Shown here: in pieces, positions 17,314 through 26,156 of the stretch
How the letters are laid out: every line of letters begins with the position of its first letter
Numbering within the stretch: position 1 is the first letter of the stretch
NCBI GenBank assembly: GCA_036396655.1
Contig: DASWKK010000138.1
Coordinates: forward strand, 11,385-75,384
Reading direction: 5' to 3'
Length of the DNA stretch: 64,000 bases
Origin: Acidimicrobiia bacterium
GTDB lineage: Bacteria > Actinomycetota > Acidimicrobiia > Spongiisociales > ZC4RG35
The notes under the pieces: model-generated
The model's input: the letters and a program-made list of their open reading frames with translations, nothing else
What the model was told of the DNA's origin: nothing
Database searches by the model: none
Position numbers and translations under genes: made by a program

Positions 17314-18374
17314 GCCGACCCTCCATCAGCCCATACGTCCGTCATCAGGTGCTCGGCGCCAGGCTCACGACCGCCCTTGGCAAACTCGGTTGCTTCGTCG
17401 ACTCGTCGGGCGACGTCTTGTTGGATCGAGCTCAGATCACCCTCCGGCACACCCAATCGGAGCAACCGCTCGTGGTACATCGGAATCGGATCGCGCGCCT
17501 TCCACGCCTCGACCTCGGCCGGTGGCCGGTATTTGGCGGGATCGGCGCGACTGTGTCCCTGTTCTCGATAGGTCTGGGCTTCGACCAGGGCCGGCCCCCC
17601 GCCGTGTCTGGCACGCTCGACGACGGTTTTGGCCACCTGGTAGACCGCATCGGCATCGTTACCGTCGACGATGATGCTCTCGAGACCGTAGGCACCGGCG
17701 CGGTCGGCCGCAGGGTTGGCCACCGCGGTGATGAGGTCGATCGGCGTGTACTCCATATACAGGTTGTTCTCGCAAACGAACACCACCGGAAGGGCCCAGA
17801 CGACGGCAAGGTTGAGCGCCTCGTGGAAGGCGCCGATGTTGGTGGTCCCATCGCCGAAGAAGCAGACCGCCACCTGACCACTGCCCCGCATCTGAGCCGA
17901 CCAGGCAGCGCCGTTGGCGATGGTCAGATGGGCGCCGATGATGGCGTAGGAGCCCATCATCCCGTGCTCCACCGAAGTCAGGTGCATCGACCCGCCTTTG
18001 CCCTTCAGGATCCCGTTCTCCCTCCCCAGCAACTCGGCGAGAACCGGTCCGGGCTCGGCACCGCGGGCCAATGTGTGGGCGTGGCCTCGATAGGTGGCGA
18101 AGCTGTAGTCGCCGAAGCGCATCGCCTGGCCGAAACCGGTGGCCACGGCCTCCATGCCGAGTGACAGATGCGAAGTCCCTTTGACCAGGTTCTGCATGAA
18201 GAGGTCGTATGCCCGCTTCTCGAACTGACGCAGCAATTGCTGGGTCTCGTAGATCTCGAGACGCTGCTCGATCGGGATGTCCAGGCGATCGTTGTCGCGG
18301 TTCTCAGGGGCCGGTAAACGCGGCTCTCTCACGGCGTAGTCATAGAGGCCCTGATCTGTCTGGCTGCTGTTCAT
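17301..18374 (-). CDS. 2-oxoacid dehydrogenase E1 alpha subunit (TPP-dependent)
   Basis: TPP motif GDGTTNIGAFHEALNLAVVWALPVVFVCENN. Overlaps the E1 beta start. Confidence 0.9.
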   Translation of the reverse strand: MNSSQTDQGLYDYAVREPRLPAPENRDNDRLDIPIEQRLEIYETQQLLRQFEKRAYDLFMQNLVKGTSHLSLGMEAVATGFGQAMRFGDYSFATYRGHAHTLARGAEPGPVLAELLGRENGILKGKGGSMHLTSVEHGMMGSYAIIGAHLTIANGAAWSAQMRGSGQVAVCFFGDGTTNIGAFHEALNLAVVWALPVVFVCENNLYMEYTPIDLITAVANPAADRAGAYGLESIIVDGNDADAVYQVAKTVVERARHGGGPALVEAQTYREQGHSRADPAKYRPPAEVEAWKARDPIPMYHERLLRLGVPEGDLSSIQQDVARRVDEATEFAKGGREPGAEHLMTDVWADGGSAWRN

Positions 18375-18506
18375 TTGAGAATCTCAGCTCGTCGCATGGG
18401 GACAAGCTAATGGCCTCGATCCCTTCATCCGTCGCCACCGGCAGACTTTGCAGACGATCGCCGTTTATCTTGCTCTGCGACCCCGAACCGAGATGAAGGC
18501 AAGGTT

Positions 18507-19175
18507 ATGAACAGGTACCTGATCCCGGTGCAGGGTGAGCGCCTCCCCCGGCGTGTGGCGCACCTGGTGGTGGGTCTGGTGCTGTTCGGGGTCGGAATCG
18601 GGCTGATGCTGCAATCGAGACTCGGGGTGCCTCCTTGGGATGTCCTCCACCAGGGCCTCTCCCGAGGGTTCGGCCTGACCGTGGGTGTCTGGTCGATCAT
18701 CGTGTCGGTCCTGGTCCTGGTGCTTTGGCTGCCGTTGCGCGAACGCTACGGGTTGGGCACGCTGCTCAACGCGGTGATCATCGGCCTGGTGCTCGACCTG
18801 ACCGCGATTGTCGTGCCCGAGGCGACCACCACCCCGACGGCCTGGGTGATGCTGTTAGGCGGCATCACCCTGATCGGCGCCGCCTCTGGCCTCTATATCG
18901 GGGCCAACCTGGGGCCCGGGCCGCGCGACGGGTTGATGACGGGCATCGCCAAGAGAGGGCCGTCGATCAGACTCACCCGAGCCCTCATCGAGATCTCCGT
19001 GCTTACCATCGGTTGGCTCTTGGGTGGCACGTTCGGGATCGGGACAATCGTCTTCGCACTGGCCATCGGCCCTCTGGTCCAGTTCTTCCTGCCCCGGCTG
19101 ATCATCTCGCCAGAAGTCCACGTCGACCCTGGCAACACCCGGCACGATGAGGCTCAGCGGCTAGACGTCGGGTAG
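18507..19175 (+). CDS. YczE/YitT-like membrane protein
   Basis: VGLVLFGVGIGLMLQSRLGVPPWDVL and GPGPRDGLM motifs. 5-6 TM helices. Confidence 0.6.
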   Translation: MNRYLIPVQGERLPRRVAHLVVGLVLFGVGIGLMLQSRLGVPPWDVLHQGLSRGFGLTVGVWSIIVSVLVLVLWLPLRERYGLGTLLNAVIIGLVLDLTAIVVPEATTTPTAWVMLLGGITLIGAASGLYIGANLGPGPRDGLMTGIAKRGPSIRLTRALIEISVLTIGWLLGGTFGIGTIVFALAIGPLVQFFLPRLIISPEVHVDPGNTRHDEAQRLDVG

Positions 19176-19510
19176 AAGGTCCAAACACTGGCGAGAGCCA
19201 GCCCGGCGAGCACGCCGAGCCGAACCAGATCGGGACCGGACCCGTGCCAAACGGCAATCCCCACCAGCCACGGGAGCCCCACGACCCAGACCACCATCTT
19301 CGCCAGCAGAGGTAACCCATCGACGAATGCCCATACCTGGGTCAGTGCACTCGGCGCGGCTGCCGCCGCCACCGCAAATGCCACCCAGATCATCACCACG
19401 ACACCCACCGATATCCAACTGAACATCGAGAACCCGTCGGCTTTGGTCCCGGGACGGGTTGCATATGCCATACCCAGCCCACCCGTGTTCATACGATCCG
19501 CATAACCCAC
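19154..19510 (-). CDS. hypothetical small membrane protein
   Basis: 118 aa with 3 hydrophobic helices. 3' ends overlap convergently with the previous gene. No motif recognised. Confidence 0.35.
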   Translation of the reverse strand: MGYADRMNTGGLGMAYATRPGTKADGFSMFSWISVGVVVMIWVAFAVAAAAAPSALTQVWAFVDGLPLLAKMVVWVVGLPWLVGIAVWHGSGPDLVRLGVLAGLALASVWTFYPTSSR

Positions 19511-19648
19511 GTCCGCCTCCCAGCAGTCTCTGTCATTAGACGACCAGGGTCGAAGGACCGCTAGAGGAAGAAGTCAGATACTACCCGGCCTCGCACGGCG
19601 ACTATCGAGACATACCGGTCAGTTTTTACCCCCACGGGGCATGATCGC

Positions 19649-22600
19649 GTGAGGAAACCCCAGGCGTTGGCGCAGCTGTCGCAGGCAAGTACCGTGCCGC
19701 GCGTGGCGCTGAACCTGGAGGTTGGCGGGGAGAACCAGCCCCGCTCGGGGACGGGTCACGACCCGCGCGACCAGCGACTCCGGGTCTTCGTCTCTTCCAC
19801 TCTCGGTGAGCTCGCCCCGGAGCGTGACGCCGCCAAGTCGGCGATCAGGACACTGCGTCTCGAGCCGGCAGGAGTCGACCTGGGCGCCCAACCGGGTGAG
19901 CGCGCCGCGCCCCTCGAGGCGTCCGACATCTTTGTCGGCATCTACTGGCAGTCCTATGGATTCGCGTCTGAGGGGTCCACGGTCTCCCCGCTGGAGGAAG
20001 AGTACGACCGAGGTCGTGGCTTGCCCCGGCTGGTGTATGTCAAGGACCCGGCCTCCGCCCGCGACCCGAGACTTGCCGGGTTCTTGGACCGGTTGATCGA
20101 AGAGGGGGTGACGACTCGCAGTTTCGAGTCACCGGGCGATCTGGCCGAGATGCTGGTCGACGACCTGGCGTCCCTGATGTCAGATCGATTCGTAACTGGC
20201 GAGGCAGATCCCACCTCGCTCCCGACGGGCACCCTCACCTTCATGTTCGGAGACATCGCAGGGTCGACCCGGCTTGTGGAGCAACTCGGGGGCGGCTACG
20301 CCGAGGTGTTGTCCGGATATCACGAGATCATCGACCACGCCACCGCGGCACACGGCGGGACCGTGGTCGACATCGAGGGCGAGCGAATCATGACGGTATT
20401 CAGTGATGCCTTCGAGGGTGTTAGGGCTGCGGTCAAGATCCAGACCGACATCGCCGCCTGGTCCTGGCCACAGTCGGTGCCGGTACGCGCCAGGATCGGT
20501 CTGCACACCGGCACCGCACGCATCGGGTCGGGAGGGTACGTCGGGCTCGACGTCCATCGTGCCTCGCGTGTTGCCTCGTCCGCTCATGGTGGGCAGATCG
20601 TGGTCTCCTCGACCGTCCGGGAGTTGGCGGACGAGTCGATCGTCGACGCCGGCTGGCAGGTGAAGGAGCTCGGTTCCTTCGCCCTAAAGGGCCTGTCGCG
20701 AGCCGAGCGGCTGTACCAGATCGAAGCACCCGGTCTCAGGAAGGACTTTCCCTCGCCGCGTGCCCGATCCACCGTCCAGATCCGTCTCCCCTCGCCGACG
20801 AGCGGTCTTGTAGGGCGTGACCGTGAGCTGAAAGAGGTGGTCGACATGTTGAGTCGACCCCAGGTGCGGCTCGTCACCCTCACCGGGCCTGGTGGCATCG
20901 GCAAGACCCGTCTCGCTGTCGCGGTGGCCGAAGAGCAGTCTCCGGCGTTCCCCGACGGGGTCTATTTCGTGAACCTGGCGCCCCTCACCGACGCTTCCCA
21001 GGTGATGCTTGCCGTCGGTGAAGCAGCAGGCATCCCGATCGAAGGAGAGGCAATCGATGCCTTGAGCAGCGAATTCCGCGATCAGCAGGTGCTCCTGGTC
21101 CTGGACAACTTCGAGCACGTCGTGGACGGCGGTACCAGCGTAGGCGCCCTTCTCGGAAGGTGCCCCGGGCTCAAGATCCTCGTCACCAGTCGTGTCCCCG
21201 TCCGTATCTCGAGTGAATACGAGTACACCCTCGACCCGCTCGGTCTGCCGGCGACCGGCTCGAACCGGCCCGAAGCGGTCTCGGCTTCGGATGCGGTCCG
21301 TCTCTTTGTCGACCGGGCACTCACCGTGATCCCTGGCTTTTCCTTGGACGAAGCCAACGCTTCACCCGTGGCCTCCATCGTTCGTATGGTCGACGGTCTC
21401 CCTCTCGCCATCGAGCTGGCTGCCGCCCGGCTTCGCATGCTCAGCCCGAGAGCACTCTGTGATCGTCTCACCAGCTCGCTCGATGCGCTCGGGGCAGGCG
21501 CCGCCGACGTGCCTCGTCGTCAGCGGACACTGGATGCCGCCATCGACTGGAGCTATCAGTTGCTGACCCGTGAAGAACGGACTCTCTTCGCCCGGCTTTG
21601 TGTCTTCAGCGGCGGGTTCACTGTGGAGTCAGCCCAAGAGGTGGCGGTGGAGAGCGGCGATGCCGTTGACCAACTGATGGCCCTGGTGGAGAACAGCCTG
21701 GTCCTCCCTGCCCACGGAGGAGAGGGGCGTCTCCGCATGTTGGCCCCGATCCGTGAGTTCGGGCTTCGCAGACTCCACGAATCGGGCGAATACGAGATGG
21801 TGAAGGACCGTCACGCCAACTACTTCTTGCAGACCGCGGAGGCATCGGTCCACGACCTGCGCGGCGTGAAGCAGTCAGAGGTGGCGGCTCGATTGGCCGC
21901 TGATTGGAACAACATCGACGTTGCCGCCGACTGGCTCGTCTCACGGGGTGATGAAGCCGGAATCGTCCGGTTGACCTACGGGATGTGGGTCTTCCTTTGG
22001 ATTGGCAACCACTTGGCGGACGGATGGCGGTGGTTGGATGCGATTGCGACGCCGGAGAACCTCGACCCTGCACTCAGCGGCAGATATTGGTGGCTGCGTG
22101 GCGGCATCGCTTATGAGACCGGCAGCTACGAGCAAGCCGAGGAGGCGATCGACCGGGCATTGACCAGGCTCGAGGAAAACGGTGACATCGACTGTCACAA
22201 TTGGGCCGACTTTCTCTCCACCCTTCTCATCCCCGCCTTTGGTGGCGACCCAGAGCTGACCAGGGACCGACTCGAGGTCTCCTTGTCCCGATTCCGTGGC
22301 TTCGGTGATCGCTGGGGTGAGGGCTATGCCCTGGTCGCTCTGGGGATCCTCGCCGGCTCGACGGGCGACATAGCGGCCGCGGAGGCATATCAGCTGGAGA
22401 CGCGAGCCCTTGGATTCGCCCTGGGCAACGGTGCGCTGATCGGGCTCGCCGAGGCGCAGCTGGGATTCACCTATGTCTCCGCCGGGCGGTTGCCCGAGGC
22501 GCGGGAAGCCCTGCGCCGGGGATTCGACGTGTTCCGGAGCATGAACTATCGAGAAGGGCTCTGTTACGCGCTGGAAGCAGCTGCATCGCTGTCCTTCGCT

Positions 22601-22828
22601 GAAAGTCGGGCCGACCTGGGGATGATCGCCCTTGGCGCGGCCGAGGAGGTACGGGCACGGATCGGCCTGCATCCCTGGCCTTTGGTCATGTGGCTGTTCG
22701 ACAGCCTGTCGGCCATGGCCGATTCCATCGACGATCACACGTTGCAGGGAGCCCGTGACGACGCGCGTCAGATGAATCCGTTCGACGCCGCCGCCCTGGT
22801 GCTCGACGCGGCGCCAGTCCCCGCCTGA
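19649..22828 (+). CDS. multidomain DUF4062 / class III nucleotidyl cyclase / STAND (NB-ARC-like) NTPase / TPR protein
   Basis: RVFVSSTLGELAPERD...DIFVGIYWQSYG (DUF4062 pattern); TFMFGDIAGSTRL...RIGLHTG...GLDVHRASRV (cyclase); LVGRDRELKEV..LTGPGGIGKTRLA..LLVLDNFEHV (P-loop STAND); helical repeats to the C-terminus. No HTH seen. Confidence 0.8.
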   Translation: MRKPQALAQLSQASTVPRVALNLEVGGENQPRSGTGHDPRDQRLRVFVSSTLGELAPERDAAKSAIRTLRLEPAGVDLGAQPGERAAPLEASDIFVGIYWQSYGFASEGSTVSPLEEEYDRGRGLPRLVYVKDPASARDPRLAGFLDRLIEEGVTTRSFESPGDLAEMLVDDLASLMSDRFVTGEADPTSLPTGTLTFMFGDIAGSTRLVEQLGGGYAEVLSGYHEIIDHATAAHGGTVVDIEGERIMTVFSDAFEGVRAAVKIQTDIAAWSWPQSVPVRARIGLHTGTARIGSGGYVGLDVHRASRVASSAHGGQIVVSSTVRELADESIVDAGWQVKELGSFALKGLSRAERLYQIEAPGLRKDFPSPRARSTVQIRLPSPTSGLVGRDRELKEVVDMLSRPQVRLVTLTGPGGIGKTRLAVAVAEEQSPAFPDGVYFVNLAPLTDASQVMLAVGEAAGIPIEGEAIDALSSEFRDQQVLLVLDNFEHVVDGGTSVGALLGRCPGLKILVTSRVPVRISSEYEYTLDPLGLPATGSNRPEAVSASDAVRLFVDRALTVIPGFSLDEANASPVASIVRMVDGLPLAIELAAARLRMLSPRALCDRLTSSLDALGAGAADVPRRQRTLDAAIDWSYQLLTREERTLFARLCVFSGGFTVESAQEVAVESGDAVDQLMALVENSLVLPAHGGEGRLRMLAPIREFGLRRLHESGEYEMVKDRHANYFLQTAEASVHDLRGVKQSEVAARLAADWNNIDVAADWLVSRGDEAGIVRLTYGMWVFLWIGNHLADGWRWLDAIATPENLDPALSGRYWWLRGGIAYETGSYEQAEEAIDRALTRLEENGDIDCHNWADFLSTLLIPAFGGDPELTRDRLEVSLSRFRGFGDRWGEGYALVALGILAGSTGDIAAAEAYQLETRALGFALGNGALIGLAEAQLGFTYVSAGRLPEAREALRRGFDVFRSMNYREGLCYALEAAASLSFAESRADLGMIALGAAEEVRARIGLHPWPLVMWLFDSLSAMADSIDDHTLQGARDDARQMNPFDAAALVLDAAPVPA

Positions 22829-22915
22829 TCCGACCGAATCCTGGCCAACGATGACTTTCGCCTCTGGTCGCCCAGTGGTGCCGAAGGCATGGTCGGCCTT
22901 AGAAGGAGGTTGCGT

Positions 22916-23344
22916 ATGACGCAGCTAGAAACGGGCCTACCTGCCGTCGAAGACCGTGCCCACCAGGCACGGTTGCGCCGGAGCACCGAAGATCGCATGA
23001 TCGCCGGTGTCTGTGGCGGGTTGGGCCGCTATTTCAACACGGATCCTGTGTGGTTCAGGTTGGGTTTTGTGGTCGTCACCGTGGCGGGTGGCGCCGGCAT
23101 CCTGATCTACCTGATCTCGTGGCTCATCATCCCGGCAGCCGGCCCGGGAGAGAGCCTGGAAGGGCCTGCAACGGACATTGGGGCCCAAGGCCCCCTGGTG
23201 GCCGGAGTCGCCCTCGTCGGCATCGGGTTGATCCTCTTGGTCAACACGATCGTGCCGTGGTTCGACCGGGTGATGTGGCCCATGGCTGTCATCGCCGGCG
23301 GTGTCGGACTGCTCTACTTGGGGAGTCGCCGTGAGCACAACTGA
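22916..23344 (+). CDS. PspC domain-containing membrane protein
   Basis: GAAGGAGG RBS then ATG 22916. MIAGVCGGLGRYFNTDPVWFRLGFVV PspC motif. TM helices. Confidence 0.8.
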   Translation: MTQLETGLPAVEDRAHQARLRRSTEDRMIAGVCGGLGRYFNTDPVWFRLGFVVVTVAGGAGILIYLISWLIIPAAGPGESLEGPATDIGAQGPLVAGVALVGIGLILLVNTIVPWFDRVMWPMAVIAGGVGLLYLGSRREHN

Positions 23345-23981
23345 CACACTCGAGAGACCAGCGGCCGAAACGGTCCCAGCGCCGAGGCGCCGGCCTTACG
23401 GGGCCGTCGTGACCGGGGCCATCCTGGTGGTCCTCGGCGGACTCTGGCTGTTCGATGCCATCGACGTGATCGACGTGCGGGCCGCGCTCATTCTGCCCGC
23501 TGTGCTTGCGGTGATCGGCCTCGCGTTGATCATCGGCGCGTTTGACGGGCCCCACGGGGGTCTTGTGGTGGCGGGGGTCTTCGTGACCATTGCTGCCCTT
23601 GCGCTCGCGGCGGCACCGCCCGACGCGTTCCATGGAGGGATCGGAGAGCGGAACATCCTGGTCACCGACCAAGACGACCTCGCTTCGCGTTACGACGTCG
23701 GTGTCGGGGAGCTCAGCCTCGATCTGAGGGACCTGGCGATGACGGAGTCGGCGGAGATAGACGCCACGGTCGGAGCCGGGGAGTTGAGGATCCTCCTGCC
23801 GCCGGATGTGCCGGTGGACATCGATGCCTCGGCCGGCGCCGGCCAGGTCGACCTGTTTGGCGAAACGGCGGACGGCCTCTCGGTCAACCGCACCTACACC
23901 AGTGACGGATTCGAATCCGCCACGGTGAGGCTGACACTCGACCTCGATGTGGCAGCCGGAAACATCACGGTGGAAAGATGA
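23331..23981 (+). CDS. LiaF-like / cell-wall-active-antibiotic response type membrane protein
   Basis: GTG 23331 after GGGGAG. Two or three TM helices, then a beta-rich C-terminal domain (GELSLDL...GAGELRILLP...GAGQVDLFG), as in LiaF/DUF2154-type proteins. Confidence 0.55.
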   Translation: MSTTDTLERPAAETVPAPRRRPYGAVVTGAILVVLGGLWLFDAIDVIDVRAALILPAVLAVIGLALIIGAFDGPHGGLVVAGVFVTIAALALAAAPPDAFHGGIGERNILVTDQDDLASRYDVGVGELSLDLRDLAMTESAEIDATVGAGELRILLPPDVPVDIDASAGAGQVDLFGETADGLSVNRTYTSDGFESATVRLTLDLDVAAGNITVER

Positions 23982-24169
23982 GACTTCACAAAGGCACCCT
24001 GCTCGCAGGAATCATCTACCTCGGCATAGGAATCGCCTTCATGCTGGAGGCGATGGAAGTGTGGACGCTTCGAATCGGGGATCTTCGGTTCGTGGCACCG
24101 CTGGCGCTGGTGGTAGTCGGATTCGCAGTCGTGATCGGCTCGCTGGGACGGGCGGATCGCCAGACCTGA
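23978..24169 (+). CDS. small two-TM membrane protein (co-operonic with PspC/LiaF-like genes)
   Basis: ATGA coupling to the previous gene. 63 aa with two hydrophobic helices. Confidence 0.45.
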   Translation: MRLHKGTLLAGIIYLGIGIAFMLEAMEVWTLRIGDLRFVAPLALVVVGFAVVIGSLGRADRQT

Positions 24170-24178
24170 GCGGATAGT

Positions 24179-24212
24179 CAGAAGACCTCATCCTGCGGGG
24201 CGGGGTCTTCTG
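24179..24212 (+). terminator. hairpin downstream of the PspC operon
   Basis: CAGAAGACC ... GGTCTTCTG: 9-bp stem with a 16-nt loop. No clear U-tract. Confidence 0.4.
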
Positions 24213-24220
24213 CCGCTCGT

Positions 24221-24258
24221 CTTTATTGGAGGCCTGCGGCTTTATTGGAGCCCTACGG
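24221..24258 (+). repeat. tandem 19-bp direct repeat
   Basis: CTTTATTGGAGGCCTGCGG / CTTTATTGGAGCCCTACGG: two adjacent copies, 17/19 identical, just upstream of the dehalogenase gene. Confidence 0.7.
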
Positions 24259-24269
24259 CGGCACTACCG

Positions 24270-25151
24270 TTGTCACTCGTGGAAAGACCCGACTGGTTCC
24301 TCGCCGACCAATACCCCTTTGAGAGCCATTGGCAGGAGATCGACTCCACCGTGGTCCACTACCTCGACGAGGGCGAGGGACCGACGCTTCTGATGCTTCA
24401 CGGCAATCCGACCTGGTCCTTCCTCTATCGAAGGATGGTCCCTTATCTCTCCGACCGGTTTCGCTGCATCGCAATCGACTACCCGGGCTTCGGGTTGTCC
24501 CGGGCAGCCGAAGGCTACGGGTACACCCCCGCCGAGCACGCCACCATCCTCGGCGGGTTCATCGACGCCTTGGACCTGAGAGACTTCACTCCGGTGATGC
24601 AGGATTGGGGAGGTCCAATCGGTCTCGCTGCCGCCCTGGAGCGTCAGGATCGGGTCAAGGCGATGATCATCGGCAACACCTGGGCCTGGCCCCGCACCGA
24701 CAACGCCACCCAGCGCTTCTCGGCAGCCCTCGGCGAGGGAAGGACCGGTGAGTTCCTGGTCGACCGGGCCAACGTCTTCGTGAATGTGTTCGTGCGTCGC
24801 GCCATGCGTAGGCGGAGCCCCACAGGGCGAGAGATGGCCATGTGGCGGGGTCCCTTCCCCGATCAGGAGTCGCGTCTCCCGGTCCGGGTGTTCCCCCGTG
24901 AACTGACCGGTTCGGCCGAGTTCCTAAAATCGATCGAAGAGCGGCTTGGGCAGATCGCGGACAAGCCAACGCTCTTGTTCTGGGCCGACCAGGACCCGGC
25001 GTTCCGAGGCACGGAGAAGAGGCGGTGGGAGTCGATCCTCTCCAACCGCACCACCTACGAGCTTCGTCATGCCGGTCACTACTGGCAGGACGACGCAGGG
25101 CCCGAGGCCGCGCTCATGATCCGCTACTGGTGGGACCAGACGGGGCTGTAG
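24270..25151 (+). CDS. haloalkane dehalogenase-type alpha/beta hydrolase
   Basis: LHGNPTWSFLYR, nucleophile context QDWGGPIG, C-terminal GHYWQDD. TTG 24270 or GTG 24279 start. Confidence 0.8.
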   Translation: MSLVERPDWFLADQYPFESHWQEIDSTVVHYLDEGEGPTLLMLHGNPTWSFLYRRMVPYLSDRFRCIAIDYPGFGLSRAAEGYGYTPAEHATILGGFIDALDLRDFTPVMQDWGGPIGLAAALERQDRVKAMIIGNTWAWPRTDNATQRFSAALGEGRTGEFLVDRANVFVNVFVRRAMRRRSPTGREMAMWRGPFPDQESRLPVRVFPRELTGSAEFLKSIEERLGQIADKPTLLFWADQDPAFRGTEKRRWESILSNRTTYELRHAGHYWQDDAGPEAALMIRYWWDQTGL

Positions 25152-25157
25152 AGAGGC

Positions 25158-25904
25158 GTGAGCCTGGGCGCCGTCGAGATCGTGATCATCGTCGTCGCTG
25201 TCCTGCTCGGCTTCTTCGCCAAGGGCGTCACCGGGATCGGCGCCCCGTTGCTCATCGTCCCAGTGATGGCCGGCTTCACCGGGCTCGAGTTCGCAGTGAC
25301 CGTGGTCGCAATCCCGACCCTGGTGGCCAACACCTGGCTTCTGTGGCAGACCCGTGGTTCGGTTCGAGAGGTTGCCTGGTTCCTCTGGCCCTTGCTGGTG
25401 GCGGGAGCGGTGGGGACAGTGATCGGTGCCTGGATCCTGATCAATCTCGACGAGCGGGTGATGTCCATCGTGCTCGCGTTCATCGTGATCAGCTACATCG
25501 TCTGGTCGCTGACCAAGGAGGATTTCCAACTAAGCGACAGATGGGCGCGCCGACTCTCGGCCCCGGTCGGGTTGCTAGGCGGGATTCTCCAAGGAGGCAC
25601 CGGCGCCTCGGGACCGGTCATCGCCACCTACGTCCATTCGCTCAACGTGCAACGGACGGCGTTCGTCCTCGCGGTGACAGTGCCGTTCCAGGTGTTGGGC
25701 CTGGTGCAATTCGCATCTCTCGCCGCCTTCGGGGGGTACAACCGGGAGCGGTTGATCGCGGGAGCGATCGCCACCATCCCGGCTCTGGTCGCCTTAGGAC
25801 CGGCGATGCGGGTTGGGGACAGCCTGTCGCATGGCACGTTTCGCAAGGTGGTGCTCGTCATCCTCGCCCTGGCCTCGATCCGGCTGATCTGGTCGGCATT
25901 GTGA
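25158..25904 (+). CDS. TauE/SafE (TSUP) family anion exporter
   Basis: FFAKGVTGIGAPLLIVP and GILQGGTGASGPV repeats. 7-8 TM helices. Confidence 0.8.
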   Translation: MSLGAVEIVIIVVAVLLGFFAKGVTGIGAPLLIVPVMAGFTGLEFAVTVVAIPTLVANTWLLWQTRGSVREVAWFLWPLLVAGAVGTVIGAWILINLDERVMSIVLAFIVISYIVWSLTKEDFQLSDRWARRLSAPVGLLGGILQGGTGASGPVIATYVHSLNVQRTAFVLAVTVPFQVLGLVQFASLAAFGGYNRERLIAGAIATIPALVALGPAMRVGDSLSHGTFRKVVLVILALASIRLIWSAL

Positions 25905-25995
25905 GCCAATCACGGGACCCCGCCCCGGAAACACTTCCTGGTTTGCCCCACAGCATGACGGGTAAGAGACCTGCAATTCAAGAAAGGAGGCAAGC

Positions 25996-26145
25996 GTGAA
26001 CGCCGCTCTGTTGATTCTGATACTGGCCCTGCTACTGGGTGGAGTCGGACTGTTCGTCGAGGCGCTCCGATGGGTTCTCATCATCGCCGTAGTGCTTCTG
26101 CTCATCAGTGCCTTCACCGGGTACCGCGGTCGAAGAGTCGTCTAG
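25996..26145 (+). CDS. 49-aa hydrophobic peptide (not in the ORF track)
   Basis: AAAGGAGG RBS 5 nt upstream of GTG 25996. VNAALLILILALLLGGVGLFVEALRWVLIIAVVLLLISAFTGYRGRRVV, two TM helices. Followed by a strong hairpin. Confidence 0.4.
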   Translation: MNAALLILILALLLGGVGLFVEALRWVLIIAVVLLLISAFTGYRGRRVV

Positions 26146-26156
26146 TACCCCGTCAT

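Noticed and set aside
19649-22828. Calling either cyclase gene a Pycsar or CBASS-type defence system.
   Set aside because: There is no adjacent effector with a cNMP-binding, TIR, patatin, TM-pore or nuclease domain, no CD-NTase fold, and the flanking genes are housekeeping-like. The defence idea is kept as a hypothesis only.
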